Assembly (NCBI GenBank): GCA_963706365.1
Contig: OY970150.1
Coordinates: forward strand, 1,468,265-1,532,264
DNA length: 64,000 nt
Reading direction: 5' to 3'
Origin: an uncultured Alphaproteobacteria bacterium
GTDB lineage: Bacteria > Pseudomonadota > Alphaproteobacteria > JAJTHO01 > G963706365
This document shows, piece by piece, positions 1 through 8,543 of the stretch (within the stretch, counting starts at the first letter, position 1; each line of letters opens with the position of its first letter). Below the pieces are notes generated by a model. That model was not told the DNA's origin, did no database searches, and worked only from the letters and a program-made list of their open reading frames with translations. Both the position numbers and the translations under genes were made by a program.

Positions 1-90
1 TAGGTAATTCTGCTATTTATACAATCATCAATGTCACATTGGCCTGCTTGAAAGACAACAAGCCAACGCGTATTCCCGCTAATCTGTCGC

Positions 91-220
91 TATAGTACTT
101 CCAAAATAAAACCGTGAGGGGCTGCGAGCGGGGCAAAATTTTGCTTATGTATGAAGAATACACGGCGCTCAATTTTACTTGCTCTTGCCTCCACACGGGT
201 TTATTTTGGAAGCACTCTAT
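91..220 (+). repeat. MITE-like palindromic repeat, family A (copy 1)
   Basis: About 130 bp element with termini tatagt.cttccaaaataaaaccgtgagggg ... ccacacgg.tttattttggaa.cact.tat. The two halves are near reverse complements, so it forms a long hairpin. Near-identical copies at 6781, 17265 and (inverted) 49716. Confidence 0.8.
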
Positions 221-240
221 AATAATCCTACTGCGCTGCT

Positions 241-295
241 CTTAGAGCTTGCCCCAAAATTCAACTTATACGTGGGTTTCCGCGCAAGCTCTTAG
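241..295 (+). repeat. MITE family B, internally deleted copy (both TIRs, about 55 bp)
   Basis: cttagagcttgccccaaaa joined directly to ttcaacttatacgtgggtttccgcgcaagctcttag. These are the left and right terminal inverted repeats of the 170 bp family B element seen full-length at 11374, 17458 and 54443. Confidence 0.7.
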
Positions 296-1675
296 CAAGG
301 CCATTGCTTTGTTAACGGTTTCTGCGTATTCCATTTCAGGGTCTGAATCGGCGACGACACCACCACCGGCCTGCACATACAATGTATTGTTTTTTATCAA
401 AGCCGTACGCAAGGCAATACACATATCCATTTCGCCCTGTATCGTGTTTTTCGAAGAAAAATAGCCAACACCACCGGCGTAAAAACTGCGTCCTTGCGGT
501 TCCAGTTCATGAATAATTTCCATGGCTCTAATTTTAGGGGCACCGGAGACTGTACCGGCAGGGAAACCTGCTAATAACGCATCCAGACAATCTTTATCAT
601 CGCGTAACTTGCCGCGCACCTGACTAACGATATGCATAACATGAGAATAGTACTCGACGGTAAAGCGATCCGTTACCTCTACTGTTTCCGGTTTTGAAAC
701 ACGGCCAATATCATTTCGGCCTAAATCCAGCAGCATTAAATGCTCGGCACGCTCTTTCGGGTCGTTTAAAAGTTCCTCGGCTAATTGTTGGTCTTGTTCT
801 ATGGTCGCACCGCGCGGGCGGGTGCCGGCAATGGGGCGCACATAAACCTGGCCTTCTTCAACTTTAACCAGTGTTTCAGGGCTGGAACCTACCAAAACAT
901 AATCATCAAATTTGATATGAAAAAGATAAGGGGAGGGATTTAAACGTCTTAAACGCCGGTAATAATCAAACGGTTTAATAGAAATAGATTGCTGAAAGCG
1001 TTGCGATGGAACAATCTGGAATGCATCGCCCGCAATAATATAATCCTTGCAGCGTTGCACCATTTCCAAAAACTGTGGTTTGCTAACATTCGATACCGGG
1101 TTAATTTTAGCCTGATAATCAATTTTATGATTAGAGAAAGCGTCTGCAAGTGGCTGCTTTAGTTGCATAGCAGCTTTTTCTAGGATTGCTTTCTGTTGCG
1201 CAGATTGCGCTGTTGCATAAACTGGTGCACACAGAAAAGTGACATCTTTAATGTGATCCATCACCGCAATTAATGTTGGCCGGAATAAACAGCAGTCGGG
1301 AATATCTAGCATGCTGTCTTTGGCATCCGGCAATGTTTCCAGCATTCTAATGGTATCAAAACCTAAATTACCAAAAATACCGGCGGCCATGCTTGGTAAT
1401 TCCTTTGGAAAATCAATCCGACTTTCTTTTATAAGGTTACGCAAACTTTTTAGTGGGGCATTCTCCTGTGCTTGTCCATTAATATAGGCAACCCCGTTTT
1501 TGCATGTCCAGATAACATCAGGCTGGCAACCTATTACAGAATATCGTCCGCGATAGCGGCCTTGTTCAACAGATTCCAGTAAAAAGCTATAAGGCTTATC
1601 TTGTGTTAATTTTAGATAGAGAGAAACAGGCGTTTCCGTGTCCATCACCAATTGTTCAAAATGAAACCCCGCCAT
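266..1675 (-). CDS. trpE: anthranilate synthase component I
   Basis: 470 aa ORF with chorismate-binding-enzyme motifs (LLESVEQGRYRGRYS..., GAPKIRAMEIIHELE, GGVGYFS). Start trimmed to MAGFHFEQ at 1675, 2 bp after the accD stop. The last 9 codons and the stop lie inside the MITE-B terminal inverted repeat. Confidence 0.85.
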   Translation of the reverse strand: MAGFHFEQLVMDTETPVSLYLKLTQDKPYSFLLESVEQGRYRGRYSVIGCQPDVIWTCKNGVAYINGQAQENAPLKSLRNLIKESRIDFPKELPSMAAGIFGNLGFDTIRMLETLPDAKDSMLDIPDCCLFRPTLIAVMDHIKDVTFLCAPVYATAQSAQQKAILEKAAMQLKQPLADAFSNHKIDYQAKINPVSNVSKPQFLEMVQRCKDYIIAGDAFQIVPSQRFQQSISIKPFDYYRRLRRLNPSPYLFHIKFDDYVLVGSSPETLVKVEEGQVYVRPIAGTRPRGATIEQDQQLAEELLNDPKERAEHLMLLDLGRNDIGRVSKPETVEVTDRFTVEYYSHVMHIVSQVRGKLRDDKDCLDALLAGFPAGTVSGAPKIRAMEIIHELEPQGRSFYAGGVGYFSSKNTIQGEMDMCIALRTALIKNNTLYVQAGGGVVADSDPEMEYAETVNKAMALLRACAETHV

Positions 1676-1677
1676 AG

Positions 1678-2535
1678 CTAGACAGCAGTCTTTTTCATTA
1701 AAATATTGGCACATTTTGCCAATTCTTTCGGAATATCTGTGCGTGTCACAATATAATCTATCATGCCGTGTTCCAGTAAATATTCGGCTGTTTGAAAGCC
1801 TTCGGGCAGTTGTTCTCGTATTGTTTCTTCAATAACACGTTTACCGGCAAAGCCAATGGTTGCCTGTGGTTCAGAAAAAGTAATATCGCCCAGCATGGCA
1901 AAACTTGCTGTAACACCGCCTGTGGTGGGGTCAGTTAACAAAACAAAATAGGGCAGGCCAGCTTCTTTTAATTTTTGTACTGCAATGGTGGTGCGTGCCA
2001 TTTGCATTAAAGATAAAATACTTTCCTGCATCCGCGCCCCGCCGGAAGCCGGGATAATAACGAAGGGTAATTTTGACTCTATCGCAATATCAACGGCTTT
2101 GACAATTCCTTCGCCCACGGCAACGCCCATGGAACCTGCCATAAATTCAAAGTTAAAAATGGCGGCAACCATAGGTGTTGCCTCCACATTACCTTTTGCA
2201 ATAATCAGGGCATCTTTTTCACCAGTTACTTTTTCCGCCTCTTTATGGCGTTCACTATATTTTTTCCGATCCTTAAATTTTAAGGGATCAATAGCAACTT
2301 TTGGCAAATCAAATTTTTCATGGCCATTAGAAAACAGCAGTTCCAGACGCTTGTTAACGTTAATCCGGCCATGATGATTACAATGATGACAAACATTATG
2401 ATTGGCGGCATAATCGCGATGAAACAACATTTCGCCACAACCCGGGCATTTATGCCAAAGGTTATCGGGCACGTTTTTTTTCGTATTATTGGTGTGCTTA
2501 ATTTTAGGACGTATTAGATTGGCAAGCCAGCTCAT
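1678..2535 (-). CDS. accD: acetyl-CoA carboxylase carboxyltransferase beta subunit
   Basis: N-terminal zinc ribbon CPGCGEMLF...CHHCNHH followed by a carboxyltransferase domain. 285 aa. Confidence 0.9.
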   Translation of the reverse strand: MSWLANLIRPKIKHTNNTKKNVPDNLWHKCPGCGEMLFHRDYAANHNVCHHCNHHGRINVNKRLELLFSNGHEKFDLPKVAIDPLKFKDRKKYSERHKEAEKVTGEKDALIIAKGNVEATPMVAAIFNFEFMAGSMGVAVGEGIVKAVDIAIESKLPFVIIPASGGARMQESILSLMQMARTTIAVQKLKEAGLPYFVLLTDPTTGGVTASFAMLGDITFSEPQATIGFAGKRVIEETIREQLPEGFQTAEYLLEHGMIDYIVTRTDIPKELAKCANILMKKTAV

Positions 2536-2573
2536 TCTATCTGTTTAGGGCTAAAAGCGCCTGTTTTCAATCG

Positions 2574-2978
2574 TTAGCTGCCAAACTTTTCATATAATGC
2601 CGTTTCAATAAAGCCATAGTACCATTCCAGCATTTCTTGTGGCAGGCTGTATTTGTTTTTTTCGGGTGGAATGGCTTTTTTGGCGGGTAAATGTAGAATA
2701 TGTAGTTGTATTTGATAGCAGGTAGAAGCTGATAAACCTGCACGCCAGCAAAGCGCAGTGCAAAGCTTGGGTTTTCTTGTTTTTAACAAATAGTCAACAT
2801 GCTGCTTAGGGAGTTTTAAAACGGTAGAAATTGCATTGATAACAGCCCAGCGATTGCCTTGTATCGCTTCTTTGTAAACAATGTCATTAACGCCTAAAGA
2901 CTCATCAAAAATTGCTGGTTCGGGGGCTTCAAGCTCTTCAAACTCAGCATCAATAACAAGTGGATTCGCATTTTCCAT
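2574..2978 (-). CDS. hypothetical protein (134 aa)
   Basis: Intact ORF divergent from the transglutaminase operon. No family recognised. Confidence 0.35.
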   Translation of the reverse strand: MENANPLVIDAEFEELEAPEPAIFDESLGVNDIVYKEAIQGNRWAVINAISTVLKLPKQHVDYLLKTRKPKLCTALCWRAGLSASTCYQIQLHILHLPAKKAIPPEKNKYSLPQEMLEWYYGFIETALYEKFGS

Positions 2979-3022
2979 AGACCTATCGACAATTATATGA
3001 TTAAGATGTTGAAAAAGTTATA

Positions 3023-4582
3023 ATGCCTTCACGTTTTCATATTATTGCCCTTACACTGGCACTAACCATCATCGGCCTATGGCTGTTTTGGTATAAATAC
3101 AGTGTATTGCGTTACCCTTTAACCCCTGATTCAGAATACCGCAGCTGGTATGTAGAAACCACTTTAACAGCAAGCCCCAAAGCAAATGAACCGGTTACAA
3201 TTCAAATGTGGTTGCCGTCTAAAAGTAATAACCAGCTGGTTAGCTTAGATGAAACGTTCGTAAGCAGTGGCTATGGTATTCAAAAAAAGTTTGATAGTAA
3301 AACGGGCAATCGTTGGGTTATCTTAACAAAGCGCAATTTAAAAGAATCGGAGTCTATTCTCTATCGTACCACCTTGGTTGAGCTGGACTCTCGTGTTGAC
3401 AGACAACAACAATCAGCCATTAGTAGCCTCTATAATCAGGATAATCGCTACCAGCTCAATCTGCCTGATAATGCCCCGCTGTTTATTGCTATTGATTCCA
3501 TTATCGAAGAAGCCCGCTCTCGTTCTGCCGATGAAAGCAGCTTTGCAACAGAAATTTATCAGCTGGCTGCTTTGCAAGATGAGCGTACACGGATTATTTC
3601 TTATGAAGCAGAAGAACTTAAGCAAAATAAAAACTTGCCCCGCGCAGATGCCTTGGCTGTTCTTCTGTTAAACACTGCTGGCATACCGGCACGGTTAGCG
3701 AATGGTGTATTGCTAGCAGAAGGGCAGCGACGCGTATCCATTAATCATTGGACAGAAGTTTGGATAGATGGACGTTGGCAGGTTTTTACAGATAATATTT
3801 TGCAAAGCAAACCTAAGAATTACTTAACCTGGTGGTATGGTTATCAGCCACTTGTGCGCTATAGCGGGGCGCGTAATTTGGATACATTGATATCCGTTAA
3901 ACGCAACCTGGATAAGGCCTTAACCAGTGAATTAGCGGAGCAAAGACAAAACGCCTTGCCTATTCCAACGCTGTACCAGCTGCCGGTTGGCACACAGCTA
4001 ATTTTTGAAGTATTATTACTGATTCCTATCGGTGGTTTGGTCATTGCCTTTTTACGACAAATTATTGGCTTAATAACCTTTGGTACATTTATGCCCGTAT
4101 TGATTGCGCTGGCGTTCAGAGAAACAGGCTTATTTGCGGGTATTGTTTCTTTTTCTATTGTTGTTTTTCTGGGGTTACTTGTAAGAAGTTATTTCCATAA
4201 GTTACAGTTACTACTGGTGCCAAGGCTGGCTGCTGTCTTAACTGTGACCGTGCTTATTCTAATTGCTTTTAGTTTATTGGTGCATGCATGGGGATGGTCT
4301 GTTGGTTTAAGTGTATCTCTGTTCCCTATTGTGATTATGGCGATGGTTATTGAACGGATGGCCTTGCAATGGGATGAATATGGCGCGAAGAAAGCTATTC
4401 ACACCGGGTTGGGAAGTTTATTGGCAGCAGTCATTAGCTATTTTATAATGAACCTGAAAATTGTGGGGCACTTGCTGTTTACCTTTCCGGAATTACTCTT
4501 AGTTATTTTGGCGCTAACGATTATAATGGGGCGTTATAGTGGTTACAAATTAACAGAGTATTGGCGTTTTAAACAATTATGA
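3023..4582 (+). CDS. inactive transglutaminase-like domain fused to a C-terminal 7-TM region
   Basis: Transglutaminase-like core with the catalytic Cys replaced by Ala (LPRADALAVLLLNTAGIPARLANGV ... HWTEVWIDGRWQVFTD keeps the His/Asp positions). The C-terminal ~200 aa contains about 7 hydrophobic helices. The stop overlaps the next gene's start (ATGA at 4579-4582). Confidence 0.65.
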   Translation: MPSRFHIIALTLALTIIGLWLFWYKYSVLRYPLTPDSEYRSWYVETTLTASPKANEPVTIQMWLPSKSNNQLVSLDETFVSSGYGIQKKFDSKTGNRWVILTKRNLKESESILYRTTLVELDSRVDRQQQSAISSLYNQDNRYQLNLPDNAPLFIAIDSIIEEARSRSADESSFATEIYQLAALQDERTRIISYEAEELKQNKNLPRADALAVLLLNTAGIPARLANGVLLAEGQRRVSINHWTEVWIDGRWQVFTDNILQSKPKNYLTWWYGYQPLVRYSGARNLDTLISVKRNLDKALTSELAEQRQNALPIPTLYQLPVGTQLIFEVLLLIPIGGLVIAFLRQIIGLITFGTFMPVLIALAFRETGLFAGIVSFSIVVFLGLLVRSYFHKLQLLLVPRLAAVLTVTVLILIAFSLLVHAWGWSVGLSVSLFPIVIMAMVIERMALQWDEYGAKKAIHTGLGSLLAAVISYFIMNLKIVGHLLFTFPELLLVILALTIIMGRYSGYKLTEYWRFKQL

Positions 4583-5484
4583 TCTGGTACAAACGCTATA
4601 AGGAAAAAGGTATTGTGGGCATTAATGCGCGTAATAGCCGTTACATATTTCCCAATAACAAGCGAAAATATTTTCAGCTGGTTGATGATAAGCTGGAAAC
4701 GAAGACGGTGGCGGTGCAGGCTGGTATTCCTGTGCCTGAACATTATGAGACAATAATATACCAAGCACAGCTTAAGAACCTGGAACAAATTTTAAAACCT
4801 TATCATTCATTTGTTATAAAGCCCGCGCTGGGCAGTGGCGGGCAAGGCATTATGGTTATTGAAAAAAGGCGCGGCGATTATTTTGTAAAAGCCAGTGGCG
4901 ACGCTGTAACCATGGCTGAAGTTCAGCAACATATCAGTAATATTTTGAGCGGCCTATATTCATTAGGTGGGCAAAGCGATAAGGCTATTATTGAATATCG
5001 GGTACAAATCGACCCTGTTTTTAGTGATATTTCATGGAAAGGTGTGCCTGATATTCGGGTACTACTTTATAAAGGCATACCTGCCATGGCGATGCTGCGC
5101 TTACCAACCCGTGCTTCGGATGGTAAGGCTAACCTGCATATGGGCGGTATTGGGTGTGGTATCAATCTAGAAACAGGTATGACGACCACTGCTACGCAAG
5201 GGAATAAATATATTACCACACACCCTGAAACTGACGTAATTTTAAAAGGTCATATTATTCCTGATTGGCAAAATATTCTTAATATGGCTAGTCGTTTTTA
5301 TAGTCTAACAAAACTAGGCTATCTGGGGGTTGATATTGTACTAGATGAAAAACTAGGCGCCTTAGTATTGGAAGTAAATGCGCGCCCGGGTATTAGTATT
5401 CAAATTGCCAATAAACAGGGGCTTGAACCCATTTTACGAAAAATTGATCAATCTATTACTAATATTCACTTAAATATCACATAA
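4579..5484 (+). CDS. RimK-like ATP-grasp amidoligase (alpha-L-glutamate ligase-related protein)
   Basis: ATP-grasp fold motifs (VIKPALGSGGQGIMV, GYLGVDIVLDEKLGALVLEVNARPG), 301 aa. Translationally coupled to the upstream 7TM-transglutaminase gene. Confidence 0.65.
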   Translation: MIWYKRYKEKGIVGINARNSRYIFPNNKRKYFQLVDDKLETKTVAVQAGIPVPEHYETIIYQAQLKNLEQILKPYHSFVIKPALGSGGQGIMVIEKRRGDYFVKASGDAVTMAEVQQHISNILSGLYSLGGQSDKAIIEYRVQIDPVFSDISWKGVPDIRVLLYKGIPAMAMLRLPTRASDGKANLHMGGIGCGINLETGMTTTATQGNKYITTHPETDVILKGHIIPDWQNILNMASRFYSLTKLGYLGVDIVLDEKLGALVLEVNARPGISIQIANKQGLEPILRKIDQSITNIHLNIT

Positions 5485-5565
5485 ATAACTAATTAATAAC
5501 AAAAAATACCATTAAATCGATCTAAATTTAATCATCTGTTAACATATAAACTGCATAATCATTAC

Positions 5566-6765
5566 ATGATACAGTTTGTTAAAAACACTTCCGGTACTTT
5601 TGCTATAATTGCTGCCATTGTTTTATTACCTATGGTAGGTTTAGGCGGGGCTGTATTAACATCTGGTAATGCTGTTTTAAATAAATCAGATTTGCAAAAC
5701 GCTGCTGATTTAGCTGCTATTTCTGCTAGTGCCACACAATTGGAAAATACTATAAAAGGCATGTCTGCGGAAGAATCTAGCCGAAAAGGTGGGGAAACGA
5801 TGCAACGTTTTTATGCCTACAATATAGATAAAAATCCAGATGAATTTGAGTTTACAGATGAGGGGACTGGAAGATTATCTATTAATGATGCTGGCAGTAC
5901 AGAAATTGCATTTAATGCCTATAATCCTGACAGAATTAACTATAATATTACGGCAACAGCAAGTGGAAATTATGAAGCTACTGCAGGTGGCGAGAGCACT
6001 TTTGAGTTGGTATATATGTATGATACTTCAAATTCAATGTACCGAACCGAAAGCCGAGGGGTAGACAGCGGGAAAACAGGAGTTGAACGTGTTCTAGAGA
6101 GTGCACAATCAAACTATCTTGCGCTCTTAGGGGGCTTATCGCGTGAGCAAAAAGACAATATTAGAGTGGCACAAGGTAGTTATCACTCTGTTACTCAGTT
6201 TATGACACCTGTGTTTACCAGTAATGAAAATCGATTAATCGCTGAAATTGAAAGGCGCTACCCTGGCAACAGAGTTGTTGGTGACCCCAGAACATCCCAT
6301 CCAAGTTATACGCGGGGTAAAACAAATACCCATGAGGCTGTTAGCGCTGCAATTGAAAAACTAAATAATAACAACTTTAATGTTCCCGGCAAAACAAATA
6401 GTCAGATCATAGTACTGATGACAGATGGGGCGCCTAGTTTGAGAACAGAGAACGATGCCTACGGCAATTTTGATCGATTTAATTTTTTTGATACCAGTAT
6501 GACTGAAAAAGAGATTGAAGTTAGACGAATTTCAGAATTGTGTAAATCTTTCACCGATAAACCGAACAACTATATATTTACTATCTATTTTGAAACATAC
6601 AGACACAACCCAACTGACAAAATACTTGAAGTTCAAGGCATGCAGAATTGCCAGAATGCTGGTTTCTATGAAGCAAGAACAGGCGCCGAGCTTGATGAGG
6701 TTTACGGAGCTATCAGAAGAAAACTTAGTGACTTTACTTACAATAAAGTAAAAATTGTTAAATAA
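5566..6765 (+). CDS. TadE/TadG-like pilus-assembly-type protein with C-terminal vWA domain
   Basis: N-terminal TadE-like hydrophobic segment (SGTFAIIAAIVLLPMVGLGGAVLTSG). vWA MIDAS residues are present: DTSNS (DxSxS), a conserved T (NTHEAV) and LMTDGAPS. Confidence 0.5.
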   Translation: MIQFVKNTSGTFAIIAAIVLLPMVGLGGAVLTSGNAVLNKSDLQNAADLAAISASATQLENTIKGMSAEESSRKGGETMQRFYAYNIDKNPDEFEFTDEGTGRLSINDAGSTEIAFNAYNPDRINYNITATASGNYEATAGGESTFELVYMYDTSNSMYRTESRGVDSGKTGVERVLESAQSNYLALLGGLSREQKDNIRVAQGSYHSVTQFMTPVFTSNENRLIAEIERRYPGNRVVGDPRTSHPSYTRGKTNTHEAVSAAIEKLNNNNFNVPGKTNSQIIVLMTDGAPSLRTENDAYGNFDRFNFFDTSMTEKEIEVRRISELCKSFTDKPNNYIFTIYFETYRHNPTDKILEVQGMQNCQNAGFYEARTGAELDEVYGAIRRKLSDFTYNKVKIVK

Positions 6766-6780
6766 GGAGTTTCAATTAAC

Positions 6781-6909
6781 ATAGTGATTCCAAAATAAAA
6801 CCGTGAGGGGCTGCGAGCGGCGCAAAATTTCGCTTATGTATCAAGAATACACGGCGCTCAATTTTACTTGCTCTCGCCTCCACACGGATTTATTTTGGAA
6901 TCACTATAT
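6781..6909 (+). repeat. MITE family A (copy 2)
   Basis: atagtgattccaaaataaaaccgtgaggggctgcgagcggcgcaaaatttcgcttatgta...ccacacggatttattttggaatcactatat. Over 90 percent identical to copies 1 and 3. Confidence 0.85.
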
Positions 6910-7001
6910 TTTTGAGGAATAGGTTCCAGCCAACGTTTAAACGGTAATTTTGCCTTTTGCAGAGGTTTCTTTAGAAAAATATGCTGGTAGCATGATATTG
7001 C

Positions 7002-8543
7002 TTATTGCAAAAACCAAAGCTTATTGAGTAATCGGTTCGGGGTTTTAAATATCACTGTTAACGGCTGGCCAGGTTTCCCGATGATGGATTGATGTGTTGC
7101 AAGAATGATTCGAGCATATTGCGGGTTCTGGCTCATTTCTTTAGGCAGGCCGATCATTTGCTGATTGCTGGCACCTTCAATAGCCTTGATTTTTGCTTGT
7201 ATAGTTGTGTTATCTGCAAGTTTAATAACCGCCTGTGTACCAGTAGAAAGTTGCGGAACATTTTGCCAGGAAATCAAAGCCTCAACCGTTGTTTCTGGAT
7301 ATTGTAATACCATTAAAGGCGCGCCTTCTTTTACCCAGCTGCCATCAGCCACTAAAAGTTCGACCGGCTTGCAATCACAAGGGCTATCTAGTTTTATTTG
7401 TTGTAACTGCTGTTCCAGAAGCTCTTGTTTTTTAGAGAAAAAATCTATTTCGGCGTTCACCAATGCTATATCGCGCAGCACTTCATCGGGAGTATCTTTA
7501 TTGTTAAAAATTTCAGCCACTTCAGCACGCTCATTGGCTTCTTGAAGCTGTGCTTTTACTGCTGCTAAGGTTGCCTGTGTTGTTTTAAATTCCTGTTCTG
7601 CTATTTGTAATTGTTCAGCTGTAACATGACCTTTATCATAAAGATTTTCCGTACGTTGATAGGCTTTTTCAGCCTGCTCAGCCATAGCAGTGGCGGCAAC
7701 ACCTTCAGCCAGGCGCTGTTGGCTAACACTTTTGGCGGCTTTGCGCTGATAATAGGCATTACGCCCGGCTTTTTTTAATTGGCTTTCTAATACGGCAAGA
7801 CGCTGCTGTTGTAATTCTGTTTGAATTTTAACGGCTTTTTGTTCCGCCATTAAATCCATGTTTTCAATATGTAATAACGGTTGTCCCTTTTTAAAAGCTG
7901 TGGTGTTCTTCGTGTTTTTAGACAACAAGACACGCCCATCACTAGGGGCTGTAAGGGTTATGGCTGGTGCAGTAATCGCGGCATACGGCGATTCCAAGCG
8001 GAAAAACCAATAATGCAGGTAGGAACCTATAATAAATAATAGGCCTGCTAAAACCGCTAATGCAATAATATGGCGGGTGGGGTGTACTTTGGCATTTGTT
8101 TGTATATCTTGGTTGCGCTGCAGCACAGCCGCGCTGGCAGCAGCTTCTATGCCGCGTACCTGTACAGGAATTTGCTGTCGATAACAATTAACCATATAAT
8201 GCAACATGCCGGCAGTGGCAGGGGAAACATCAATAAATTGAAAGCCAATGTAACCGCCTTCTGTAATGTGCACTACTTCGGCTTTAACGCTACAGTTTTT
8301 TAGTTGCCCTTCATCTGTTGGCAATTGCAGGCGAATATCGACTTGCTGTTTTAAAATATAGCGGTTTTTACGATCTATTATAGCTATGCCCCCTTGCGAC
8401 CAGTTAACAATATGCGCGGGACGCCGGTTAATTAAGGCACCAAAATGCTGTGCCTTGTAACGCTCAAATAAACGCTGGCTACCATTCAGGTGCATCACAT
8501 TGTCATGCTCGTTTTGTGGGTTATCGGCCATATTGGATGACAA
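7002..8543 (-). CDS. Alg44-like co-polymerase: N-terminal PilZ domain, one TM helix, HlyD-type membrane-fusion domain
   Basis: PilZ motifs RxxxR (RRPAH) and NxSxGG (NWSQGGIAI), then the TM helix IIALAVLAGLLFIIGSYL, then a long coiled-coil / membrane-fusion region. Overlaps the upstream Alg8-like gene by 23 bp. Confidence 0.6.
   Translation of the reverse strand: MSSNMADNPQNEHDNVMHLNGSQRLFERYKAQHFGALINRRPAHIVNWSQGGIAIIDRKNRYILKQQVDIRLQLPTDEGQLKNCSVKAEVVHITEGGYIGFQFIDVSPATAGMLHYMVNCYRQQIPVQVRGIEAAASAAVLQRNQDIQTNAKVHPTRHIIALAVLAGLLFIIGSYLHYWFFRLESPYAAITAPAITLTAPSDGRVLLSKNTKNTTAFKKGQPLLHIENMDLMAEQKAVKIQTELQQQRLAVLESQLKKAGRNAYYQRKAAKSVSQQRLAEGVAATAMAEQAEKAYQRTENLYDKGHVTAEQLQIAEQEFKTTQATLAAVKAQLQEANERAEVAEIFNNKDTPDEVLRDIALVNAEIDFFSKKQELLEQQLQQIKLDSPCDCKPVELLVADGSWVKEGAPLMVLQYPETTVEALISWQNVPQLSTGTQAVIKLADNTTIQAKIKAIEGASNQQMIGLPKEMSQNPQYARIILATHQSIIGKPGQPLTVIFKTPNRLLNKLWFLQ

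Noticed and set aside
249-464. ORF 249-464 (+), 71 aa.
   Set aside because: It starts inside the MITE-B remnant and runs antisense to the 3' end of trpE.
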